Shown: one piece after another, positions 56,837 through 64,000 of the stretch
Layout: every line of letters begins with the position of its first letter
How positions within the stretch are numbered: position 1 is the first letter of the stretch
Assembly (NCBI GenBank): GCA_902561325.1
Contig: CACEOL010000001.1
Span: 156,209 to 220,208, forward strand
Origin: an uncultured SAR86 cluster bacterium
Lineage (GTDB): Bacteria; Pseudomonadota; Gammaproteobacteria; Magnimaribacterales; AG-339-G14
DNA: 64,000 nt
Reading direction: 5' to 3'
Position numbers and translations under genes: made by a program
Notes under the pieces: generated by a model
Databases searched by the model: none
Told to the model about the DNA's origin: nothing
The model's input: the letters and a program-made list of their open reading frames with translations, nothing else

Positions 56837-57976
56837 TTAACTTACGAAGTTATTTAGTCTCTCAAAGGCATTAATAAAATCCTCTTTAAATTCTTGCACA
56901 ACATCACTTGCTGAGATGCTTTGGTTCATTAGACCAACTCCTTGTCCTACCCAATAGGTAGCAAGATCTTTTGCTCCTTCATGACCTCCAGCAGCTAGTT
57001 TATTAACCTTTTGCAAAGCTGGCTCTGCAACCATTGGTTGCAATGGCATTGGTAAAGGTTCTGGAGCGCTATCTGCCTCCCAAGCTTGAGTCCATGGAGT
57101 AACTAATTGTCTAGAATGTTTGCCAGTTCTGCTTCTTGACCTGACTGTTTGACTAGAATTTGCTGCAACCATTTTCTCTTTAATCACTGGCTCTACTTCC
57201 GACTCAATTGTAGTTAACCAAACTGAGCCACACCAAGCTCCTGAAGCACCCATAGCCATGGCTGCCGCCATTTGCTTGCCGGTTACAATGCCGCCAGCAG
57301 CTAAAATGGGAACATCACCATATGGCTGAATAGCTTGATGAACCTCTGGAATTAAAACCATGGTAGAGACACTTCCACAATGTCCTCCTGCTTCGGTGCC
57401 AGAAACAACTAAAATATCAACTCCGGCTTTAACTTGATTGATTGCATGTTCTGCAGTTCCTAATAGTGCAGCAACTTTACAATCATTATCTTTGCCCATT
57501 TGAATCATCCAGTCTGGTGGGACGCCAAGTGCATTAGCAATGATTTTTATTGGGTGTTTAAAAGCTACATCTAATAGGGCTTTAGCTCCATCGGACTGTG
57601 TATTTTGAGCAAAGCCTGATCCACCAGTGTCAATTTCTCTTAACTCTGGAGCATCAATACCATGATTTTCTAAAACATCGGTTCTGAAATCTGCATATTC
57701 TTGAGGAATCATTTTTGCAAGCTTCTCAGCGTCAAATTTTTCATCTTTTCCAACCATTTTATTTGGAATTAATACATCCACTCCATATGGTTTTCCATCG
57801 ATATGTTCGTCAATCCATTTCAATTCTTTTTCCAATTGTTCTGGAGACATACCAACTGCGCCTAGAACGCCACAGCCTCCTGCTTTGGAAACTGCTACAA
57901 CAACGTCTCTACAATGTGTAAATGCCACGAGAGGAAACTCTATATCTAACATTTCGCAAATTCTTGAATTCATCAT
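56837..57976 (-). CDS. Nitronate monooxygenase / NMO-family FMN oxidoreductase
   Basis: 379 aa. TIM-barrel FMN motifs: VVSGTEAGGH, and ILAAGGIVTGKQMAAAMAMGA. Confidence 0.85.
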   Translation of the reverse strand: MMNSRICEMLDIEFPLVAFTHCRDVVVAVSKAGGCGVLGAVGMSPEQLEKELKWIDEHIDGKPYGVDVLIPNKMVGKDEKFDAEKLAKMIPQEYADFRTDVLENHGIDAPELREIDTGGSGFAQNTQSDGAKALLDVAFKHPIKIIANALGVPPDWMIQMGKDNDCKVAALLGTAEHAINQVKAGVDILVVSGTEAGGHCGSVSTMVLIPEVHQAIQPYGDVPILAAGGIVTGKQMAAAMAMGASGAWCGSVWLTTIESEVEPVIKEKMVAANSSQTVRSRSRTGKHSRQLVTPWTQAWEADSAPEPLPMPLQPMVAEPALQKVNKLAAGGHEGAKDLATYWVGQGVGLMNQSISASDVVQEFKEDFINAFERLNNFVS

Positions 57977-58055
57977 TTTTATACCTCTTTATTTCTAATC
58001 ATTAATATCTTCTAAATTTCAATTCAAATCAAGATTTTTGTATTAAAATTTATTT

Positions 58056-58931
58056 ATGCCTAACAAGACTACTATCCCAGTCTCTTTCATTGTTATTTTA
58101 CTATCTACTCTTATAGCTTTTGCTGCCAATCAAGGAAGTGTTTCTATTTCAAACATTCCGCTTTTTGGATTTGTAGTGTTCTTAATTTTTGTAATTCAAT
58201 GGCTTGTCTTTATTCCGTCTTTCATTAACAGAACGGAACATTTTTTTGATTTAACCGGGTCGCTTACTTTTATGTCAGCTTCTCTTTTTACTCTTATGGC
58301 TATACCGGAAATATATTTACGAGATATCGTAATTACATTATTAGTCGTAATGTGGGCTACCAGACTTGGTTCTTTTTTATTTTTTCGAGTTAGAAAAGAT
58401 GGAGGCGACGGAAGATTTGAAATCATGAAAACTAGGTTTTGGTGGTTTTTAATGACTTGGAATATTCAGGGAATGTGGGTATTTTTATCTTTAGCTGCAG
58501 GTCTTGCCGCAATGACCTCGCAAAATAAAGTTGAGGCAGATATCTTTTTAGTTATAGGCACTTTGATTTGGATTTTGGGTTTTTCTATAGAAGTTATCGC
58601 AGATAATCAGAAATCGAAATTTAGATCTAACCCTGAAAATAAAGACAAATTTATTACAACTGGGATTTGGTCTTGGTCAAGACATCCAAATTACTTTGGC
58701 GAAATTCTTTTGTGGATAGGAATTACTTTAATAGCTTTACCAGTTCTTCAGGGCTGGCAATTCATAACACTTATATCACCTATCTTTATTATCATCCTTT
58801 TGACCCAAATAAGTGGTGTGAGGTTACTTGAATTAAGAGGTAGAAAAAAATGGGGGAACAACGAGGAATATCTAAAATATATTAAAAAAACGTCTGTTTT
58901 GATTCCTTTGCCGCCAAAAAATAAAGACTAA
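58056..58931 (+). CDS. DUF1295 membrane protein (steroid 5-alpha-reductase / ICMT-like fold)
   Basis: 291 aa, multi-TM. Has the family-typical GIWSWSRHPNYFGEILLWIG. Confidence 0.75.
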   Translation: MPNKTTIPVSFIVILLSTLIAFAANQGSVSISNIPLFGFVVFLIFVIQWLVFIPSFINRTEHFFDLTGSLTFMSASLFTLMAIPEIYLRDIVITLLVVMWATRLGSFLFFRVRKDGGDGRFEIMKTRFWWFLMTWNIQGMWVFLSLAAGLAAMTSQNKVEADIFLVIGTLIWILGFSIEVIADNQKSKFRSNPENKDKFITTGIWSWSRHPNYFGEILLWIGITLIALPVLQGWQFITLISPIFIIILLTQISGVRLLELRGRKKWGNNEEYLKYIKKTSVLIPLPPKNKD

Positions 58932-59030
58932 GACTTCAATATTTTAATGACATCTTCTGTTAAGTAAGAGATAGAAGGATTTAGTATGCCGTGTAGTGAC
59001 AAATTTTCTTTTTTAATTTAAATTTATTCA

Positions 59031-59831
59031 ATGACAGAATTAACTTTGTACCACAATGGTCCCTCTACATGTTCTCAAAAAGTAAGACTAATTTTAGAAT
59101 TAAAAAAATTGCCATATGTCTCAAAAGAAGTGAATTTATTGGCTGGAGAGCAGCACAGCCCTGAATACGTAAAGTTAAATCCTAATCATGTCGTTCCGAC
59201 ATTAGTAACAAAAAACGATATTCTAATTGAGTCCAATTTGATTGTTGAATATTTAGATGATGCTTTTCCAGAAATTCCAGCAAGACCATCTTCACCTGAA
59301 GCAATTCATAAGGTTCGTCTTTGGATGAAATATATTGATACATTTCAACAATATACTGGGCCCATAACTCACGGAATTGCCGTACGAAAACTTCAAATGG
59401 ACAAGTCTGATGAAGAGAAAGAAGCGGATCTTCAAAACATACCTGATCCAGTTAAAAGACAAGCTAGAAAAGAAACAATAGAAAAAGGAATAGATGCTCC
59501 TATAGTTATGAATTCGCTCAAAAAAGCTGGTGAATTTTTAGACCAACTTGAAACGAATATAGAAGATAGTGGTTGGATTGCTGGAGATAAATTTAGTATG
59601 GCAGATGCTTGTGTCCTACCCTATATTCAACGTTTTGATCATCTAGCACTTTCTGAAGCTTTCAGTGAAGAAAAAAGACCTAAAATAAATAAATGGTTCA
59701 GAAAAGTGAAAGATTTAGATTTTTTCGACAAAGCTGTAACCAATCATATTCCTTCTCGTTTGGTAGAAATGATGAATACCTTTGGAGAAGAAGTTAAAGA
59801 TCGAGCATTAAATTTAATGGAGAAAAAATAA
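59031..59831 (+). CDS. Glutathione S-transferase family protein
   Basis: 266 aa. Thioredoxin-like N-domain (LYHNGPSTCSQKVRL, NPNHVVPTL), then a helical C-domain. Confidence 0.8.
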   Translation: MTELTLYHNGPSTCSQKVRLILELKKLPYVSKEVNLLAGEQHSPEYVKLNPNHVVPTLVTKNDILIESNLIVEYLDDAFPEIPARPSSPEAIHKVRLWMKYIDTFQQYTGPITHGIAVRKLQMDKSDEEKEADLQNIPDPVKRQARKETIEKGIDAPIVMNSLKKAGEFLDQLETNIEDSGWIAGDKFSMADACVLPYIQRFDHLALSEAFSEEKRPKINKWFRKVKDLDFFDKAVTNHIPSRLVEMMNTFGEEVKDRALNLMEKK

Positions 59832-59841
59832 TTTGCAGTTA

Positions 59842-60270
59842 TCATATTTTATAAGTTAAGCCTGCTGCTTCTACTCCTGCAATTGCACAAATCTCATCAC
59901 GATCAGGTAAATCTCCTGAAACGCCAACAGCACCAATTACATCATCACCTTTTTTAATCATTATTCCTCCGGGAGATGGAGCTATTTTATTTCCAGACAT
60001 AGCTCTAACAGAATGGAAAAAATGAGTTTGTTCGGGTTGAGCGCCAATGAGATTTCTGATTTCTCTGCTTGAAAAGCCTATTCCAAAACAGCCCCATGCT
60101 TTGGCAAAGGCAATATCAGGTCTAATGATAGCTGAATTATCCTCCATTGCAGAACTTACTAATACTCCTCGAGTATCAACAACTGCAATCGTGACAGGCA
60201 TCATATTCTCCTCTCTGGCTGTATTTAAACAACCTTCAACTATTTTTTGTGCTTCTTTAAGGGTAATCAT
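59842..60270 (-). CDS. GlcG/HbpS-like (DUF336) haem-binding protein
   Basis: 142 aa. Has PVTIAVVD.RG and GAVGVSG. Confidence 0.8.
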   Translation of the reverse strand: MITLKEAQKIVEGCLNTAREENMMPVTIAVVDTRGVLVSSAMEDNSAIIRPDIAFAKAWGCFGIGFSSREIRNLIGAQPEQTHFFHSVRAMSGNKIAPSPGGIMIKKGDDVIGAVGVSGDLPDRDEICAIAGVEAAGLTYKI

Positions 60271-60319
60271 ATTTATCTCCTGAATTTAAAAATCTTGAAA
60301 TTAAAATATTTAATTTACA

Positions 60320-60952
60320 TTACTTTTTTTCGAACTTATAAGACTTAGATCTTTTAAAGGCCTCTCTCTCAAAAAGCATGTCGGTGTATCTTTTTATATT
60401 TGGTTTGAATGCTTGCTCTATGCCAAGTGATTCAGCGACAACAAAAGCATAACTCACACAAATGTCTGCAATTGTAAAACGATCTGAACATAAATATTCT
60501 CTATCGTTTAAAGTTGTCTCTAATAATTTACACCTTGAGACAAACCATCTGCTGTAACCTTCTACTGCAGCATCCGCAACGCCTGGTTCTTGAAGTTTGT
60601 ATCTAAGAACAACCGTTTGTGGAAAAGTTAAAGTTGCATCAGAGTGGAAAAGCCAATTTAAATAAGCTGGATAATCAGGCTCATCTGGCATAACTCTCAA
60701 ATCAGTCGGTCCATATTTCTCAACTAAATATTGGGACATCGCAACAGATTCAGTCATTTTCACTTCGCCGTCTATCAAATAAGGGATTGTTCCTAGCATG
60801 TTGATATCCAAATATTCTTTCATGAACATTCTGGGTGGAAAAGGCATCATCACGAGCTCGTAATCTATGCCCATCTCTTCTGCGGTCCAAATTGGCCTCA
60901 TTGCCCTTGAAGCTTCTGTTCCCCAAATCTTAATCATTTTCTTTTCTCCCAA
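60320..60952 (-). CDS. Glutathione S-transferase family protein
   Basis: 210 aa. Has GTIPYLIDGEVKMTESVAMSQYL. The start may instead be the Met at 60937 (MIKIWG). Confidence 0.8.
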   Translation of the reverse strand: MGEKKMIKIWGTEASRAMRPIWTAEEMGIDYELVMMPFPPRMFMKEYLDINMLGTIPYLIDGEVKMTESVAMSQYLVEKYGPTDLRVMPDEPDYPAYLNWLFHSDATLTFPQTVVLRYKLQEPGVADAAVEGYSRWFVSRCKLLETTLNDREYLCSDRFTIADICVSYAFVVAESLGIEQAFKPNIKRYTDMLFEREAFKRSKSYKFEKK

Positions 60953-61007
60953 TATGATTTAGCCTTGTATACTAAATTTTAAAATAATATTTATTATAGG
61001 AGAAAAC

Positions 61008-61295
61008 ATGATAGGAGTACTTGTTAAATTAAACATTAAAGAAGGTAGTGAAAAAGACTTCGAAGAAAACATGCTGAAACTTGTAGAAGCAACAAATGCA
61101 AATGAGCCTGGTGTTTTCTACTACGGTCTATTAAAAACAGATAATCCTCAAACTTATCAAATGATAGAGATATACAAAGATGCCGAAAGTCATGCTCATC
61201 ATTCCCAAACTGAACACTTTAAAACATTGGGTGGAGCACTAGCACCATTTCTTGCTGGAGCACCAGAAATTACTGTTCACGAGGAAATAAAATAG
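61008..61295 (+). CDS. ABM-domain protein (putative quinol monooxygenase, YgiN-like)
   Basis: 95 aa. Has the pattern VLVKLNIKEG..KDFEE...LVEATNANEPG...Y.....DNPQTYQMIEIYKDAESHAHHSQTEHFK. Confidence 0.8.
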   Translation: MIGVLVKLNIKEGSEKDFEENMLKLVEATNANEPGVFYYGLLKTDNPQTYQMIEIYKDAESHAHHSQTEHFKTLGGALAPFLAGAPEITVHEEIK

Positions 61296-61387
61296 CTCTA
61301 AAAGAAAATTATTTAAGAGCGGTATCAAGCCAAAAAATATCCTTAGATGACGCTCAGCTTAAATTAGCTGAGCGTTTAGATACTTGT

Positions 61388-62347
61388 TTGCAAGAAATAA
61401 ATATTGAAAAAGGTTTTTTTAGCCTTTTTTCTAGAAAAACTCCTCAAAGAATTTATATTCACGGAGATGTAGGGCGTGGAAAAACCTTTCTCATGGATAT
61501 GTTATTTGAAGAAATAAATCATGAGAAAAAAATAAGACTGCACTTTCATCGCTTTATGCAAAATCTTCATGAGCGCTTAAAAAAATACGAAGGGGCAACT
61601 GATCCTTTAAAAAGAATAGTTAAAGATTTATCTAAAAAATATGAGTGTCTTTGTTTTGATGAATTCTATGTTGAAGATATTGCAGACGCCATGCTGCTAG
61701 GAAAATTCATGACTGAGCTTTTTGAATCTGATTTATCCTTTTTTGCAACTTCAAACATTTCTCCAAAAAATTTATATGAAGGTGGATTACAAAGAAAGCT
61801 CTTTTTACCTGCTATAAATGCTATTGAAAGTGCTTGTGAAATATACCATTTAGATTCTGAAATTGATTTTAGATTAAGAGCTTTGGAAAAAAGTGGAAGT
61901 TATTTTTATCCAGCTGAGAATAATAAAGAAATCATAGAAAAAATTTTTAAAGAAATTACCCAAAATAGAAAAGCTGAGGAGAATTTCGTAACAATAAATA
62001 ATAGGAAAGTTAGTGTCTTAGCTTTTTCTAAGGGAGTCTTATGGGTAAATTTTTTACAAATCTGTTCATCTCCTAGAAGCGCTACAGATTACATAGAAAT
62101 ATCAAAAGAGTTTCATACAATTATTTTGACCGATGTGCCCATCATAAATTCTGATGACGAAGCAAGACGTTTTATTTCTTTTATAGATGAGTGTTACGAC
62201 AGAAAAGTAAAATTAATCATTTCAGCAGCTGAACTCCCTGAAAAAATTTATGTCAAATCTAGACTAGAAGAAAAATTTAAAAGAACTGTCAGCAGATTAA
62301 CCGAGATGCAGTCTAAAGATTACCTCTCTCAAGCTCACTTAGCTTGA
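61388..62347 (+). CDS. zapE: Cell-division/AFG1-family ATPase ZapE (start codon unresolved; homology extends upstream to about 61292)
   Basis: Has Walker A GDVGRGKTFLMD, LHFHRFM, LCFDEFYVEDIADAMLL and ATSNI.P..LY..GLQR. The in-frame upstream codons ..KENYLRAVSSQKISLDDAQLKLAERLDTC align, from memory, with the E. coli ZapE N-terminus but contain no ATG, GTG or TTG. Confidence 0.85.
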   Translation: MQEINIEKGFFSLFSRKTPQRIYIHGDVGRGKTFLMDMLFEEINHEKKIRLHFHRFMQNLHERLKKYEGATDPLKRIVKDLSKKYECLCFDEFYVEDIADAMLLGKFMTELFESDLSFFATSNISPKNLYEGGLQRKLFLPAINAIESACEIYHLDSEIDFRLRALEKSGSYFYPAENNKEIIEKIFKEITQNRKAEENFVTINNRKVSVLAFSKGVLWVNFLQICSSPRSATDYIEISKEFHTIILTDVPIINSDDEARRFISFIDECYDRKVKLIISAAELPEKIYVKSRLEEKFKRTVSRLTEMQSKDYLSQAHLA

Positions 62348-62397
62348 AAATATATGTATAGACTCCATATAAAAGGTATAAATGTTAATATAAAAAT

Positions 62398-62730
62398 ATG
62401 AAAGACATAGTAGAAACTAATTTTGCAATTGGCCAGGTAGTTAGACATAAACACCTAGATTTTAGAGGTGTAATATTTGATGTTGATCCTGAATTCAATA
62501 ACACTGAAGAGTGGTACCAAAGTATACCGGCTCAAATAAGGCCTAAAAAAGACCAGCCTTTCTATCATGTTTATGCTGAAAATGAGGAGGTCTTTTACAC
62601 CGCCTACGTTTCACAACAGAATTTACTAGCTGATAATTCCCTTGAGCCTGTAGCTCATCCAGATGTTCATGAAAATTTTGGCCCATTTGATGGGAAAAAA
62701 TACGAAGTTTTGGAAGTTACTAGAAACTAG
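62398..62730 (+). CDS. hspQ: Heat-shock protein HspQ (hemimethylated-DNA-binding YccV family)
   Basis: 110 aa. Has F.IGQVVRHK..DFRGVIFDVDP and PFYHV. Confidence 0.85.
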   Translation: MKDIVETNFAIGQVVRHKHLDFRGVIFDVDPEFNNTEEWYQSIPAQIRPKKDQPFYHVYAENEEVFYTAYVSQQNLLADNSLEPVAHPDVHENFGPFDGKKYEVLEVTRN

Positions 62731-63938
62731 CTTTCTTCGGCTAGCAATACGCAAATACAGAACAAATCCATAGCTTCTGACAGCTCATCAAGCTCAACCT
62801 GAGTCGGAGCTATCCGAATGTTTTTATTTTCCAAGTCCTTACCATAAGGAAAAGTTGCTCCTAATGGAGTAAGTTTCAGGCCTGCTTCCTCACAAAGTTT
62901 ATAAATTTTTGAAGCATTGCCATTTAAAGAATCAAAAGAGACAAAATACCCTCCACTAGGTTTTGTCCACTTTGCTAGACCTTCCGGCAACTCATTCAAC
63001 TTTTCTTGAACAAGGTCGAATTTAGGTTTGATTATTTTTGCTAATTTTTGCATATGCTCTGTTAGAGCTTTCTTTGAATTAAAAATCCTAGCATGTCTTG
63101 CTTGATTTACTTTGTCAGAGCCCAATGAAAACTTAGAAAAATAATTAACAAAGTTTTCCATATTGTTTGGTGACAAGGAAATAAATGCCAAACCTGATCC
63201 AGCTAAAGAAATCTTACTTGTGCTACCAAGCATAACTAATGAATCGTGCGCATTTTTGTCAATGAATATTTTTTCTATGTCAGGTAGTTTTTTTGAATCA
63301 TCAAAATCATGAACTGCATAGGCATTATCAAAAATAATTTTGAAGCCATCCCTATTAATGGTTGCCAAAGCTTCTATTTTTTCTTTAGAGAAAATCTCTC
63401 CAGTGGGGTTTGAATGTTTGGGTACACAAATCATCCCCTTTATAGTTTCATCAGTTTCTAACAAATTTTCTATTGAATCTAAATCGGGTCCATCTCCCTC
63501 TAATGAAACAGATATCATTTTTATTCCTAATTTTTCCAACATTGCAAAGTGACGGTCGTATCCGGGAACAGGGCATAAAAAAGTAACTTTATCGAGATCT
63601 TTCCAGGCTACTTGCCCATCGCCATGAAAAATCATGCTATGTAAATAATGTCCTAATAAAGTCAAGCTGCTCGTACCATTAACAAAAATATTTGCTGGAT
63701 TAGAGTTAAGAACCCAACCAGCTAATTTTCTAGCAGAGGGAAGTCCTTCTAGAATTCCATAATTTCTTGTGTCGACCTTATCTTGGATAAAGTCCCCTTT
63801 GATTGCAGTTTCCAAATTATCAGACAGGTCTAGCTGTTCAGAGGATGGCCTACCCCTTGTTAAGTCTAAGAGTTTTTTTGAATTTTTAAATTTTTGATAT
63901 TCTTTTTTTATTTTCGATATATCGTCGCTTAGATTCAT
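62727..63938 (-). CDS. PLP-dependent aminotransferase (class I/II fold)
   Basis: 403 aa. Has PKHSNPTGE, FDNAYAVHDF and GSTSKISLAGSG (PLP-Lys). Substrate unknown. Its 3' end overlaps hspQ by 4 nt. Confidence 0.8.
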   Translation of the reverse strand: MNLSDDISKIKKEYQKFKNSKKLLDLTRGRPSSEQLDLSDNLETAIKGDFIQDKVDTRNYGILEGLPSARKLAGWVLNSNPANIFVNGTSSLTLLGHYLHSMIFHGDGQVAWKDLDKVTFLCPVPGYDRHFAMLEKLGIKMISVSLEGDGPDLDSIENLLETDETIKGMICVPKHSNPTGEIFSKEKIEALATINRDGFKIIFDNAYAVHDFDDSKKLPDIEKIFIDKNAHDSLVMLGSTSKISLAGSGLAFISLSPNNMENFVNYFSKFSLGSDKVNQARHARIFNSKKALTEHMQKLAKIIKPKFDLVQEKLNELPEGLAKWTKPSGGYFVSFDSLNGNASKIYKLCEEAGLKLTPLGATFPYGKDLENKNIRIAPTQVELDELSEAMDLFCICVLLAEES

Positions 63939-64000
63939 AAGATTTAGCTATCTATTTATTATTTGTAAATTGTTAATTTCTGCATGCTCTTTAAGCCTTT

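Noticed and set aside
1-64000. CRISPR arrays, IS elements, prophage genes, toxin-antitoxin pairs or known defence systems
   Set aside because: I saw no regularly spaced direct repeats, no transposase, integrase, phage structural or nuclease-helicase defence-type ORFs, and no unexplained gaps. The longest non-coding stretch is ~205 bp.

Overview
Visibly AT-rich, very gene-dense bacterial chromosome segment with about 73 protein genes and one tRNA (Phe). I found no rRNA, CRISPR array, transposase or integrase. Many neighbouring genes share ATGA, GTGA or TTGA start/stop overlaps, and several convergent genes overlap at their 3' ends. The gene order is gammaproteobacterial and Pseudomonas-like: rpe-trpE-trpG-trpD, amgK-murU next to lptD-surA-pdxA-rsmA-apaH, gmk-rpoZ-spoT-ridA-recG, hisBHAF, mutY-yggX and yqiB-yqiA. 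Together with the K/N/I-rich proteome, this suggests a streamlined marine lineage, possibly SAR86-like; that assignment is inference only. Positions 1-42.9 kb are core housekeeping: Trp, His, folate, LPS and outer-membrane biogenesis, the stringent response, and a nitrogen module of glnII-ntrB-ntrC. After tRNA-Phe the content becomes accessory. It starts with a translationally coupled pair of CsgG-fold paralogues plus a 2-TM micro-protein. Then come a family III CoA-transferase, a DUF3604 lipoprotein, a cytochrome P450 and a 907-aa TonB-dependent receptor, followed by a redox/detoxification block (Fe-ADH, SDR, ABM proteins, nitronate monooxygenase, DUF1295, two GSTs, GlcG). Leads most worth following: (1) the orphan CsgG-like pair; (2) repeated NtrC-type palindromes upstream of glnII and in the TBDR/ADH divergent region, combined with an NtrC whose GAFTGA loop reads GAFKGA; (3) a type II glutamine synthetase occupying the glnA slot; (4) a zapE whose conserved N-terminus has no canonical start codon and begins at an ATAG junction with the upstream ABM gene; (5) an ACAD10/11-type kinase next to a split MaoC hydratase and an MFS transporter, with no acyl-CoA dehydrogenase.
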